A stretch of DNA of 64,000 nucleotides from Candidatus Woesearchaeota archaeon (lineage in GTDB: Archaea; Nanobdellota; Nanobdellia; Woesearchaeales; GW2011-AR4): assembly GCA_016187465.1 (NCBI GenBank), contig JACPJQ010000007.1, forward strand, positions 127,818 to 191,817, written 5' to 3'. A program made the translations under genes and the position numbers. Below are positions 18,393-28,167 of the stretch, one piece after another (position 1 is the stretch's first letter; each line of letters opens with the position of its first letter). The notes under the pieces are model-generated. The model worked only from the letters and a program-made list of their open reading frames with translations. It was not told where the DNA came from and searched no databases.

Positions 18393-18656
18393 ATGCCAGA
18401 AGAGGACAAGAAATTCTCAAAGCAGATGATTGGAAAGACCGTTGTCAGCAAGACCGGCAAAAGGTTTGGAGAGCTGGGCGACATCATATTTGAGACAAGA
18501 TCAGGGGAGCTGATTCACATGGTCCTGCACAACCCGACTTCTTACACTGAAAAGCTGGAGCTTGAAAAAGACAAGGAAGGGCATATTCTGATACCTTTCA
18601 GCGCAGTAATCGCAATTGGCGACTTTATGGTTGTTGCTGAAGAGGATATTATTTAA
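18393..18656 (+). CDS. PRC-barrel domain protein (CdpB-like)
   Basis: MIGKTVVSKTGKRFGELGDIIFE...LIPFSAVIAIGDFMVV. Confidence 0.85.
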   Translation: MPEEDKKFSKQMIGKTVVSKTGKRFGELGDIIFETRSGELIHMVLHNPTSYTEKLELEKDKEGHILIPFSAVIAIGDFMVVAEEDII

Positions 18657-18687
18657 CTAATCAACTTAAAAGAGGTTCATATAGTTA

Positions 18688-19119
18688 GTGGTGTGGACTA
18701 TGGATGTACCTGCGAATAATGATGCACTTTCTTCTGAAGATGTAGACAGAATGGTTCTAGCTTATTTGAGAACACCATCGACTGCAGCTCCAAAACATCC
18801 TGGCAATTTCGTGCATGAAATCATGTATAGAGTATATACGGAATGGTGCATGAACAACAGTGGTATTGACCACCAGTCAAACTTTGCCACAGGATTAAGA
18901 GAGTTTATTAATAAGGAAACGCATTACGAATTGGTAAGAATGAAGAAATTTGGAAACGGGGAATCTGGAAAATTTGAAGGATTAACTCATGAAGAATATA
19001 GAAATGTAAGAAATCAGGTTTTGGATGCTATCGTGAAAAGAGCGTTGGAAGAAAATTTACCGAAAAGATATTCGGAACGTGACCATAATTTAAGAGGTGA
19101 TCTAAGAAGTTACCTGTAG
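18688..19119 (+). CDS. hypothetical protein
   Basis: 143 aa ORF (GTG start, or ATG 18700); no motif recognised. Confidence 0.6.
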   Translation: MVWTMDVPANNDALSSEDVDRMVLAYLRTPSTAAPKHPGNFVHEIMYRVYTEWCMNNSGIDHQSNFATGLREFINKETHYELVRMKKFGNGESGKFEGLTHEEYRNVRNQVLDAIVKRALEENLPKRYSERDHNLRGDLRSYL

Positions 19120-19189
19120 ATAGTCGTTCTGTACATTGTATAATTCTTCAAATACCTTTTTAAACATTCTTAGATTTCTTCGATAGTAA

Positions 19190-20155
19190 ATGCAGCCAGA
19201 AAATGCTCTGTGGACTGAGAAGTATAGGCCGAGTGATTTCTCTGAAATAAAAGGCCAGAAGGAGATTGTCAAGAGAGTGAAGGCTTTTGTTGAGCAGCAG
19301 AATCTGCCTCATCTGCTTTTTACAGGGCCTGCGGGGGTTGGCAAATCAACTCTTGCTTTGGTTGTGGCAAGAAAATTATTTGGAAAAGAATGGCGCCGGA
19401 ACTTTCTTGAGTTGAACGCGAGCGACACCCGCGGCATAGACACTATCAGAATGAATGTAAAGGATTTTGCGAGGACAAGAGCTATTGGTGATTTCCCTTT
19501 CAAGATTATATTTTTAGACGAAGCGGATGCACTGACAAGGGAAGCGCAGCAGGCTTTAAGAAGGACTATGGAGAATTACACTCAAACATGTAGATTTATT
19601 TTAAGCTGCAATTTTTCCTCAAAAATAATCGAGCCGATACAAAGCAGATGCGTTGTTTTCAGGTTCAGGCAGCTGGATAAAAAAGATATTATGGAGATTA
19701 TTGAAAAAATAGCGAAAGATGAAAAAATAAAAATAGACGAAAAGGCAAAAGATGCCCTGTATGAAATCTCGGAAGGCGACTGCAGAAAGCTTGAAAACAT
19801 ACTGCAAAGCTCGGCTGCGATAACAGACCATGTGACAGAGGATATGGTGCATTCAATGGCTTCTGTGGCAAAGCCGAAAGAGATAAGGGAAGTCTTGGAG
19901 CTGGCATTGAAAAACAAGTTCATAGAGGCAAGAAACAAGCTCTTGGACTTGATGCTGAATTATGGTCTAGCGGGCATTGATGTGATAAAGCAGATACAAA
20001 AAGAAATTCTGGAGCTTAATATTGACAACAAATCAAAAATGATTCTGATGGAAAAATGCGGCGAGATAGAATTTAGGATGACTGAAGGCTCTGACGAGTT
20101 TGTGCAGTTGGAAGCTTTGCTGAGCCAGTTTGCTTTAGCCGGATCTAAGGACTAG
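19190..20155 (+). CDS. rfcS: replication factor C small subunit
   Basis: WTEKYRP, GPAGVGKST, LELNASD, DEAD, AQQALRRTME, IQSRC. Confidence 0.96.
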   Translation: MQPENALWTEKYRPSDFSEIKGQKEIVKRVKAFVEQQNLPHLLFTGPAGVGKSTLALVVARKLFGKEWRRNFLELNASDTRGIDTIRMNVKDFARTRAIGDFPFKIIFLDEADALTREAQQALRRTMENYTQTCRFILSCNFSSKIIEPIQSRCVVFRFRQLDKKDIMEIIEKIAKDEKIKIDEKAKDALYEISEGDCRKLENILQSSAAITDHVTEDMVHSMASVAKPKEIREVLELALKNKFIEARNKLLDLMLNYGLAGIDVIKQIQKEILELNIDNKSKMILMEKCGEIEFRMTEGSDEFVQLEALLSQFALAGSKD

Positions 20156-21170
20156 CTTCGGCCAGGTGCTTTATAAGAACTTTGGTTTCTTTGTTGTCCA
20201 GGACATTGTACCTTAAGTGTATTCCCATTGTCTTTTCCAAATCGAGCCTGTCCGTAACCAAGTCGACGGTACATGTCAGTGTTCGCCTTCCATTAATGAG
20301 CTTGATTGTGCCCTTAAACCCATTTTGGTCGAGGCCGCCGCATTTTATATTCTGGAATACTGGGTCAACTGGTATTTCTGTTATTTCAACCTCTACGCTG
20401 TTTTCAACTTCTCTTCTTGCCCTTGGGTCGCGGGGGCAGGCGTTGTCAAAACCGCTTGATGGGGTTACTGCTGCGTCTTTCTTCCAGAATATATCAACAT
20501 TTCCGCTTAAAACAACATCAAAGCTGAAAGAAAGCTTGTTCTTTCCAACAACTGTCTGCCTGAAGTTGCTTACCTGAACAGGAGCGCCTGAAGGATAGAT
20601 TGTTCTTGAGCCTGTAGGCTTGCAGAGCGAATCATCCCTTACATTAATCATGTCTTTCAATACGCATAATTTTGTGTTTGCCTCTGTCTTGTAATTATAG
20701 CATGCATCTGCCCTGAACGTGAATTCTGTGTTGCCGCTGAATTTTCTTGGAATAAAGCTGTCTCCGCCACTTGGAAATGTTGCAAAAGTCGGGTTGCCTT
20801 CAACTATGTTGCCTTCTGCATCCCTTTTTTTCGATTCCAGGCTGTCATCAGGCTGCACGTCCCTTAAGTCATCAAAAACTTTGCCAAAATCATTCGGGTC
20901 AAAGCCAACTAGATTTATCCTTATTTCGTTTCTGTCAACCCTGAATTCGCCGTCATTCTTTAATCTGACTATTGCGTTAAATGCGAATGATTCGTCATCA
21001 GTAACTTCTGGAGGCGGACTGTCCCTTTCAAAATTCATTGTAATTCCCGTTGTTCCGCCTATAAACGGCGTTCTTGGGGCACCACCCGTGGCTGCTCCGC
21101 TTTTCTTGCAGGCTGAAACAAGGAGAACTAAACAAACTAGCAACGCGAGAACGTAATACCTCTTATTCAT
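20145..21170 (-). CDS. secreted lipoprotein-like protein, paralog 1
   Basis: Signal peptide ending LVSAC; shared blocks GTTGITMNF..PP, CYNYKT..C, GAPVQV. Confidence 0.75.
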   Translation of the reverse strand: MNKRYYVLALLVCLVLLVSACKKSGAATGGAPRTPFIGGTTGITMNFERDSPPPEVTDDESFAFNAIVRLKNDGEFRVDRNEIRINLVGFDPNDFGKVFDDLRDVQPDDSLESKKRDAEGNIVEGNPTFATFPSGGDSFIPRKFSGNTEFTFRADACYNYKTEANTKLCVLKDMINVRDDSLCKPTGSRTIYPSGAPVQVSNFRQTVVGKNKLSFSFDVVLSGNVDIFWKKDAAVTPSSGFDNACPRDPRARREVENSVEVEITEIPVDPVFQNIKCGGLDQNGFKGTIKLINGRRTLTCTVDLVTDRLDLEKTMGIHLRYNVLDNKETKVLIKHLAEASP

Positions 21171-21252
21171 TTTTCCTCTTTTCACTGAATCCATTTATTT
21201 TAATGTTTGTATATAAAGTTTTTGGTTTAGTTTGTTGAGTGTTGATAATAAA

Positions 21253-22506
21253 TCACGTTATGCACTCACCAGTGCCAGGGTCCCTTTTCGGACAAGAATC
21301 CGCAGTTCTAATGCATTCACCAGTTAATGGGTCACTTTCAGCACAATAAAGGTAAGTTTGTCCGTCCTGTAAAGGCACACTCTGAGATGGCGAAGATGTG
21401 GATGGCAATTCAGTAGATGATGAAGGGGCAGATGAGGGCATTGATTCTGTTGTTGGATATGCTGTAGATGAGCTTCCTAATCCGCTTGGCTCTCTCTTTA
21501 TCAGCATCTTTTTTTGTGCAGTGGTTCTGTAAACATATCCCAACCTGATTTCTAATGGAGATATATAAGCTATTTTGCTGCCGTAATTGGAGCTGGGCAT
21601 CTCGCAGATTATAGAGCCTTCGCTGTTAACCAGCCTTATATATCCTATACTGGACTTCACAAGGTTTCCATCAAATGGCCCGCATTGCAGCTCTTTATTG
21701 GCAATCTTGGCTCCATAAAGATAAACCTTGTCTATGTCTTCCCTTTCAACTTTATTGTCGCCGAACGGGTTGCATTTGTCGTCTGCCATCACGCTGTTTC
21801 TCATTACTTCCCCGTTTCCGACATTCTTGATTGTTATCCTGAACTGGGTTTTTGTTGCAAAAGCCTCTTCATTAATTTGAGTGATTGCAATTGGGGCTCC
21901 CTGGCTCGACAGGCTGACACCCTTGACCTCGCATACCTTTTTTTCCTTGATAGTTGAGTACGGATTTGGGTCTATGCATACAGAGGAACTTGCTATAGTT
22001 TCGTATGAATAGCATGCTGTAGCAAGCAAAATTGGCTCGTACTTTTCTGCATTCAGAGTGTCTATTGAAACCCTTCCTTTAAATGTCACAAAATCAACTC
22101 CGCCATTGGGATTGATTGAGGTTTTTCCCTCTAATGTTTTTGTGTTTAAATCTGCAACTGGCGGGCTTGGATCGAAGAACACCACTATGCTGGGATCATA
22201 ACCTCCTAGATAAACCCTGCCGTTAAGCGCTAATCCGCCAACGCCTGTGCCTTTGCCGAGCTCCGGGTATGCGCCTTTGTTTCTAAGTTCCAAAATGGCG
22301 TCAAACCTGTTGGAATTTGGGTCAGTGTCCTGCTCAGCGTGCACTATATCTGGAGGATTATTAGGAAGGAAATTCATTGATAATCCTTCTGTCCCGACCC
22401 TCAGCTCTTCAACCGATTGGGAAGTTTTTTTTCCGCTGCATCCTGAAATCGAGATTATCAATGTTAAAAAAATAATAAAAATCAGATTTTTTTTCAAGAT
22501 TGTCAT
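21253..22506 (-). CDS. secreted lipoprotein-like protein, paralog 2
   Basis: Signal peptide ending ISGC; GTEGLSMNF..PP, CYSYET..CIDP, GAPIAI; S/P/T linker and two DPxTGECI repeats at the C-terminus. Confidence 0.75.
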   Translation of the reverse strand: MTILKKNLIFIIFLTLIISISGCSGKKTSQSVEELRVGTEGLSMNFLPNNPPDIVHAEQDTDPNSNRFDAILELRNKGAYPELGKGTGVGGLALNGRVYLGGYDPSIVVFFDPSPPVADLNTKTLEGKTSINPNGGVDFVTFKGRVSIDTLNAEKYEPILLATACYSYETIASSSVCIDPNPYSTIKEKKVCEVKGVSLSSQGAPIAITQINEEAFATKTQFRITIKNVGNGEVMRNSVMADDKCNPFGDNKVEREDIDKVYLYGAKIANKELQCGPFDGNLVKSSIGYIRLVNSEGSIICEMPSSNYGSKIAYISPLEIRLGYVYRTTAQKKMLIKREPSGLGSSSTAYPTTESMPSSAPSSSTELPSTSSPSQSVPLQDGQTYLYCAESDPLTGECIRTADSCPKRDPGTGECIT

Positions 22507-22637
22507 TTTTACCAAAAACTTATACTTTTTGTATAGAGAACTTTGAATAATCCTCAATTTTGCCACTTTAGATTCAAAGTTCTCTCAGGGAATTTTAACA
22601 ATTTTATGAATATTTAAAATTCCCTATATAAAACTTT

Positions 22638-23675
22638 TTAATATTTCAGGGGCTTCTGGATTGTAACTTTTGCGCTGATGGTTTGTACATAACCATAGTC
22701 TATTTCAATCCTGATTGGGGATGTGAAAGCATCGTCAGTTCTTTTTATTGATTTTTTGAAAGTGCACCTTACAAAATCCTTCTTATCCCTGAACCGTATG
22801 AATCCAGTAAGTTTATCATTGCTGTTTTCCATATTAGGTGTGCATTCAAGCTGGTTTTCGCCTTCTTTGCCTGAGGAGAACGCCCTCAGTTTGGCTACGT
22901 TCCATATGTTGTTTGAGCCTGTCAATCTCGTGCCGTCGCTGAAATCAGATTTTCCGCATACGTTTTGATAATTATTAACATCGACAGGATTGCCTCGGCC
23001 CTTGTTTTCTATGAAAATCAGAAATTGTGGTTTGATGATGTCTCCTTCTTCGGGTATCATGTTTGGCTCAATTTTTGTGACAGCAATGGGCGAGCCCTGG
23101 CCTGTGTTGAATACCATTTCCTGGACCTTGCATACTTTACCTTCGGGCCTTGTAGGCCTTATGCCGGAAATATCCGGATCAATGCAGACTGTTGTGCTCA
23201 GAATTGTTTTGTATGGATAGCATAAAGTGGACGTTATAATGGATTCCCTATATTCGCTTTGCGGATCCAATTTGCCTGTTTTTGCGTTCAGAGTTACAAC
23301 TATGCTGTCCCCTTTAGTGTTTATTTGGGTTTTGCCTTCGACATCAAATTTTGCCTGGTCTTGGGCTCCTTTTGATACTCTGCCGTTTTCTTCAGCAGAG
23401 ATGCTTGTTATGTAATCCTTTTCTCTCCCTATGGATAGTATGCCTGATTTGTCTTTAATGCTGTAAGCTCCGCTGTTCCTGATTGTTAACAGGATCGGAA
23501 AACTGCTGTCCTCAAACACTCTCGGCGGGGGAGCTGTTTTCGAGAATTCCTCTGTCAATCCGTCTGTGCCGACGAAAAGATTTACTTCTTTTGTCTTGGA
23601 AGTTGATTGGTTGGTGCAACCTACCATAAGTAATATTAAAGTCAAAATTAAATTTATTTTAATAAGTTTGAACAT
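22638..23675 (-). CDS. secreted lipoprotein-like protein, paralog 3
   Basis: Signal peptide ending MVGC; GTDGLTEEF..PP, CYPYKT..CIDP, GSPIAV. Confidence 0.75.
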   Translation of the reverse strand: MFKLIKINLILTLILLMVGCTNQSTSKTKEVNLFVGTDGLTEEFSKTAPPPRVFEDSSFPILLTIRNSGAYSIKDKSGILSIGREKDYITSISAEENGRVSKGAQDQAKFDVEGKTQINTKGDSIVVTLNAKTGKLDPQSEYRESIITSTLCYPYKTILSTTVCIDPDISGIRPTRPEGKVCKVQEMVFNTGQGSPIAVTKIEPNMIPEEGDIIKPQFLIFIENKGRGNPVDVNNYQNVCGKSDFSDGTRLTGSNNIWNVAKLRAFSSGKEGENQLECTPNMENSNDKLTGFIRFRDKKDFVRCTFKKSIKRTDDAFTSPIRIEIDYGYVQTISAKVTIQKPLKY

Positions 23676-26600
23676 CTTCAACTCCTTCATTTTCTGGTAA
23701 CTGTTCAAGCTCGGGTATCGGTTGGGTTATAATTTCTCCTAATTGTATTCTATTTCCTATCTCATAAACTTTTTGCACATATAACCCAGTTCCATCCAAG
23801 CAATTCTTGACACATGTTTCTGTTGAACAGACTTTTCTGCACTTTGGCTCAAGAACACTTAACTTACATCCCCAACCATTATATCCTCTTAGGGCTGCAT
23901 CAAATCCTCTGTAATTCTTATAAAGTTCGTGATACTGTTCTCCGGGTGGGCAGTATTTTGCCAGAATACCGTCACTGGCTCCATTTCTGCCGTATTGTCT
24001 ATAGTACTTTCTCAATATCTCTAAACCAACTTTTATATTACAATCCCTGTCATATATTGTCTGACCTAGGGGGCAAACAGAATTTGCAATCCCTGCATTA
24101 ATTTTGTTTATTTGCATTATACCAATACTAGTCCCATCATAACTTGTGAGTATTCTATCATCTTTGCAGTTTGCATCGTCGCTTGGTTTACAAGTATTCG
24201 CTCTATTCCTGCCACTTTCTATGCAACAGTGCATTCCTTTGCTTTCAAGATGTATCAAACCTTTTAAAGGAACAATTGGTATTTCTGTGCCATCATCCAA
24301 TTTCAAACTTGCCACAGCAGTTTTTAGTGATTCTTCCACATTTGGGCTTATTGGCACAGGTGCCTGATCAACCGTAACAGATGTCTGCTTTTCAAGCAGA
24401 TAATCATACCTTGCCCTTATCCTGATGAATTTTGTTGTTATTGGGGTGTTTTCCAATGCTGTGCCTTTGTCAAATTTCAGCCTGCAGGCGAATGTTCTGT
24501 ATCTGTCCCTGTCAATGTCCCTGTATTCGTCCTTATTTTTTAATTGCTGGATGTCTTCAACCCTAAGCCTGTATCCTGTGTACTCGCTGTCGCCTGTTTC
24601 ACTTTTGAATAAATTATTGCATTCGTCCTCACAAACTTTGGTTTTTGGTTTTGATAGGTCGCATGCATCGATACACATTTTCTTATCTTCAGAATCATCT
24701 GGATACGACCCACATGTTTTTACGCACACACTAACGCATGAAGCAGAACAATCTTTCCTCTCATAAGTGTCAAATTTTATGGGATTGCACTGCTTTGGGT
24801 CTACAGTAATGCCTTTCGGCAAAACTATTGCCAATTCATTGATCTGCTTTATCTTGCCAGTCCATTCCCCATAAGGCTTGCCCTGCTTATCAGTTATTTT
24901 GCCTCTGTTTGTGAGCGTTATAAACAAATAAGGGTCTACTGACATTTTAGCTGAGACTGGTGTTAACGAGCTAATGCCGACTCCTACCTCAACAGGCCCA
25001 TTAGTTGCTATGGCTATTGGATTTCTGTCAGTTATGCCAAATTCCTTTAATGGGTCTAAGTTTTCCCTGTACATTGCCCTGTATCTTTCATCGTCCATAA
25101 GGTAGAATTTCTGGTATGCGCTTGTCAGGAAGTTATAAGTCGCAGAAAGGATGATTGAATTTCCGCCTGCCTGAAGCTTGTTCTTGTTGAATGTGCATTC
25201 TGTATCCTTTTCTTCAAGGGTATAAACTGTGAAGGGTATGTCGGGAATTACGCTGTCCCTAACTTCGGCATTCAAATTTTTAATGTCAGCCTCTATCCTT
25301 TTGCTGTCTTTTCCGACCCTGAAGCAAGTGAAATTTACAAAAACCGGGTCGCTTAAAGTTCTCGACTTTATCGTTGCCCATACAGTTACCGGCTCGTCTG
25401 TGTAAAACCTCGGCTGGGCAGGCTTTATCCTGTCAAAGAACACTCCAAGAGGCTCAAACTGGTTTTTCTCTACATTGCCCCTGTAATAACCGCCGGTTGC
25501 GTAGTCTAATTGACTTGTAATTGCATTCTGGGCCTTTCCAAATAATCCCTCCATAAAACTTCCCAAGGTAGGTCCTCCTTCTCTTGGTGTGAAGTTAACT
25601 GTCGAGCCTTGATAACCGCTTGCCTCTAAGGATAAAATCAATATTATTGTTACGATGACTACTGTTGTGGTAATGGCGTACAGGCTTTTTGTCTTATGGT
25701 AGCAATAAGCAACAACAAACAAAACTAGGACGGGGAAGAATTGAAGCACAAGAATGTTCGAGCCAAATAAAAAACCATACCCATAAAAGTCAGCAATCAA
25801 AAGTAATGGAATCATCAAATGCCATGCTGATGGATTGTTTTTTTCCATTCTTGTGATATAGGTAAATCCAAATAGCAAGATATATCCTGCGTGAAGCAAG
25901 GCCTTTACATTCACTGTCCAACCACTATTTATCCAAAAAAATGAAAATACGAATGCCATAAATAAAAATGACATAAAATTCGGAATTGTTGATGTAACGC
26001 CATGCTTTCTGTATTTTGATATTATGAATAGCACAGCAATTAAGCCTAAAAGCACAGTAATTACAAACGCTAGATTTCCCCATTGGACTAGTATAGGGTA
26101 TTGGAATTGTGTGGGAACAAGATAAGGGGCTAATTTATTTGTAGTCCAGATAAATGCGAATCCAAGTAAGGCACCGAGGTATTCTTTTTCTACAATATTG
26201 TAGACCATATTGATATATAAAAAAGCAAACATTATGCTAGAAGTCAATACCAGAATAATAGTTGTTTGCAACGGTTCACTTAAGCTCCATTCAAAACCTT
26301 GATAATAAATACCTCCCCACGGAATTTTGATTTGAGTAAATCCCAAGTTTAGGGAAGGTGGAGCTAGGTCCCAAAGCCAAAGCAATAATACCAAAGCAAC
26401 AAAAAAATTTGTGATTTTAATGTCTTTATCCTCATTCTTTGCTGCAGAAACAAATCCTGCAATTATATAGACTATAAAAATGAATACACCTGAGTAGACG
26501 AATATTCCGAAAACAGGAATCTCAACTTTTAGAGAGTCAGGGAGCACATATTTCCACACACCCCAAAAAAGGAGAATAAATAGGAAGATAGTCCATAAAA

Positions 26601-26805
26601 GCCATGCAAACCCAAAATGTTTTTCTTGGGTCGCTTTTACAATATTGGTTATGTTAAAAGTGCCGCCTCCACTTCCTCTTGCCTCCTGATCTCCACTTTT
26701 GTCCGGATTCAGCTGAGAAGTGGGGCTTCTGGCTACTTGCGCTTTTTTATTTTTAAATAAATTGCGGCTGTCTCTAAAATACTTTAATAATTTTGAGGTT
26801 ATCAT
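23659..26805 (-). CDS. multi-TM membrane protein with extracellular paralog domain and C-terminal lytic transglycosylase (SLT) domain
   Basis: About 12 hydrophobic segments; SLT motifs LIHLES, SIGIMQIN, CNIKVGLEIL, ALRGYNG. Confidence 0.8.
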   Translation of the reverse strand: MITSKLLKYFRDSRNLFKNKKAQVARSPTSQLNPDKSGDQEARGSGGGTFNITNIVKATQEKHFGFAWLLWTIFLFILLFWGVWKYVLPDSLKVEIPVFGIFVYSGVFIFIVYIIAGFVSAAKNEDKDIKITNFFVALVLLLWLWDLAPPSLNLGFTQIKIPWGGIYYQGFEWSLSEPLQTTIILVLTSSIMFAFLYINMVYNIVEKEYLGALLGFAFIWTTNKLAPYLVPTQFQYPILVQWGNLAFVITVLLGLIAVLFIISKYRKHGVTSTIPNFMSFLFMAFVFSFFWINSGWTVNVKALLHAGYILLFGFTYITRMEKNNPSAWHLMIPLLLIADFYGYGFLFGSNILVLQFFPVLVLFVVAYCYHKTKSLYAITTTVVIVTIILILSLEASGYQGSTVNFTPREGGPTLGSFMEGLFGKAQNAITSQLDYATGGYYRGNVEKNQFEPLGVFFDRIKPAQPRFYTDEPVTVWATIKSRTLSDPVFVNFTCFRVGKDSKRIEADIKNLNAEVRDSVIPDIPFTVYTLEEKDTECTFNKNKLQAGGNSIILSATYNFLTSAYQKFYLMDDERYRAMYRENLDPLKEFGITDRNPIAIATNGPVEVGVGISSLTPVSAKMSVDPYLFITLTNRGKITDKQGKPYGEWTGKIKQINELAIVLPKGITVDPKQCNPIKFDTYERKDCSASCVSVCVKTCGSYPDDSEDKKMCIDACDLSKPKTKVCEDECNNLFKSETGDSEYTGYRLRVEDIQQLKNKDEYRDIDRDRYRTFACRLKFDKGTALENTPITTKFIRIRARYDYLLEKQTSVTVDQAPVPISPNVEESLKTAVASLKLDDGTEIPIVPLKGLIHLESKGMHCCIESGRNRANTCKPSDDANCKDDRILTSYDGTSIGIMQINKINAGIANSVCPLGQTIYDRDCNIKVGLEILRKYYRQYGRNGASDGILAKYCPPGEQYHELYKNYRGFDAALRGYNGWGCKLSVLEPKCRKVCSTETCVKNCLDGTGLYVQKVYEIGNRIQLGEIITQPIPELEQLPENEGVEDVQTY

Positions 26806-26890
26806 TTTTCAATCCTAATCACTCTAAAAGAATTCTTCCCAAGCCACCTCTTCTTTTTGAAAATTGATATGATAAAATAAGCATTATAAT

Positions 26891-28060
26891 TTAAGTCAGT
26901 TCAACCCTTAATTCAACAACCTCAATGTCGTCCATGGGCTCAATCCTCACAAAGTTGTTTCCTGATGAAACCTTGCTGCGGATGCTTTTTGAAAATGTAG
27001 TTTTATCCGTATCTATGGTATCCGCATGGCCGTTAACATCCAGCTTTGCCCTCTTCCTGTTTCTGTCATCGACAAACTTCAGCGTTATTTCGACATCCGC
27101 ATCTCCATCTTTTATTCTATCGAAAGTGCTGTCATCTATCTCAAAGTAGTATGTCTTGACAGAATGCTCTTTAAAGTCCAAAGAGATTGCAATCTGCTCA
27201 ACGCTGTAGCTGCCTTTGCTTGTCTTGAACACTATGTTGTTCTCGCCTTCGTTCAGGGCGCTTTTTGGTATGCTCTGCCTGTAGGCATTGTCACAGACTG
27301 GCACAGAGGAAAATAATTTTTTATTGTTAACAAAGATGTCCAAAGCTCCAAGCTCGTTCACATCATCGCAATACGGGATGAACTGCAGATTTGCCCTGTC
27401 CATGCTTGAAAACTCAGATTCGCTCAAAGTGAATATATTAGTGCTTTCCTGCTTGCTTGTGTCAGTTATATCGCCTATTACCTTGACGTTTTCAAAGCTG
27501 TATTCGTTTGTCGTCCAGAACTTTGCTCCTACAGAAGAAACGCTGAAATCCAGTGAATTTGTCTTTTGAAGCAGATTCTTGCTTAATTTCACTGGCTCTG
27601 TCAAATCGCTTTCCAGCTCATTCTCAAAAATAACTGCATTATTCAGCTTTATCGTCAGAATGCCGCTTCTCTTTTTCGCTGTGAATGTAACAACAACATT
27701 GTCAATATTTTCAGGGTCGTCAAGGCTGAAATCTATTTTCTTTGCCGTCTTGTCAAACCATCCGTTCCTTACAATGAAAGGATTTATTGTTTCCAGTTCC
27801 TGCGCATTTGTTGTTTCCACCAGGAAAATGTTTGGAATGCTTTTTTCATCTTCCATGCTTTGGGATGCAGCCAGAAGCCCGGGAAATGCCTTCAAAAGAA
27901 CATTGCCATTTTCCCCTCCAGATGTTTGCTCTGATTTCTGCTCTATAATCTTTTCCCTTTCAGAAGTTGGCAAGAATACGATATAAAGAATAATCAGCCC
28001 GGCAATAACGGCCACCAAAATAGCGGCATTTAAGCCTCCCTGACCTCTATTTTCCATCAT
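26891..28060 (-). CDS. membrane-anchored beta-rich surface protein
   Basis: N-terminal RGQ plus hydrophobic helix (class III signal-like); repeated LxxxxNx..L..G.N beta modules. Confidence 0.7.
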   Translation of the reverse strand: MMENRGQGGLNAAILVAVIAGLIILYIVFLPTSEREKIIEQKSEQTSGGENGNVLLKAFPGLLAASQSMEDEKSIPNIFLVETTNAQELETINPFIVRNGWFDKTAKKIDFSLDDPENIDNVVVTFTAKKRSGILTIKLNNAVIFENELESDLTEPVKLSKNLLQKTNSLDFSVSSVGAKFWTTNEYSFENVKVIGDITDTSKQESTNIFTLSESEFSSMDRANLQFIPYCDDVNELGALDIFVNNKKLFSSVPVCDNAYRQSIPKSALNEGENNIVFKTSKGSYSVEQIAISLDFKEHSVKTYYFEIDDSTFDRIKDGDADVEITLKFVDDRNRKRAKLDVNGHADTIDTDKTTFSKSIRSKVSSGNNFVRIEPMDDIEVVELRVELT

Positions 28061-28167
28061 AACACCTTTTTTAAATCAATTATTATTTATGTACTTATAG
28101 TTTTAACTACACAAATGTAAAGAAATTAACATAAACATATTTAAATCTTTTTATTTTATTATATTAC

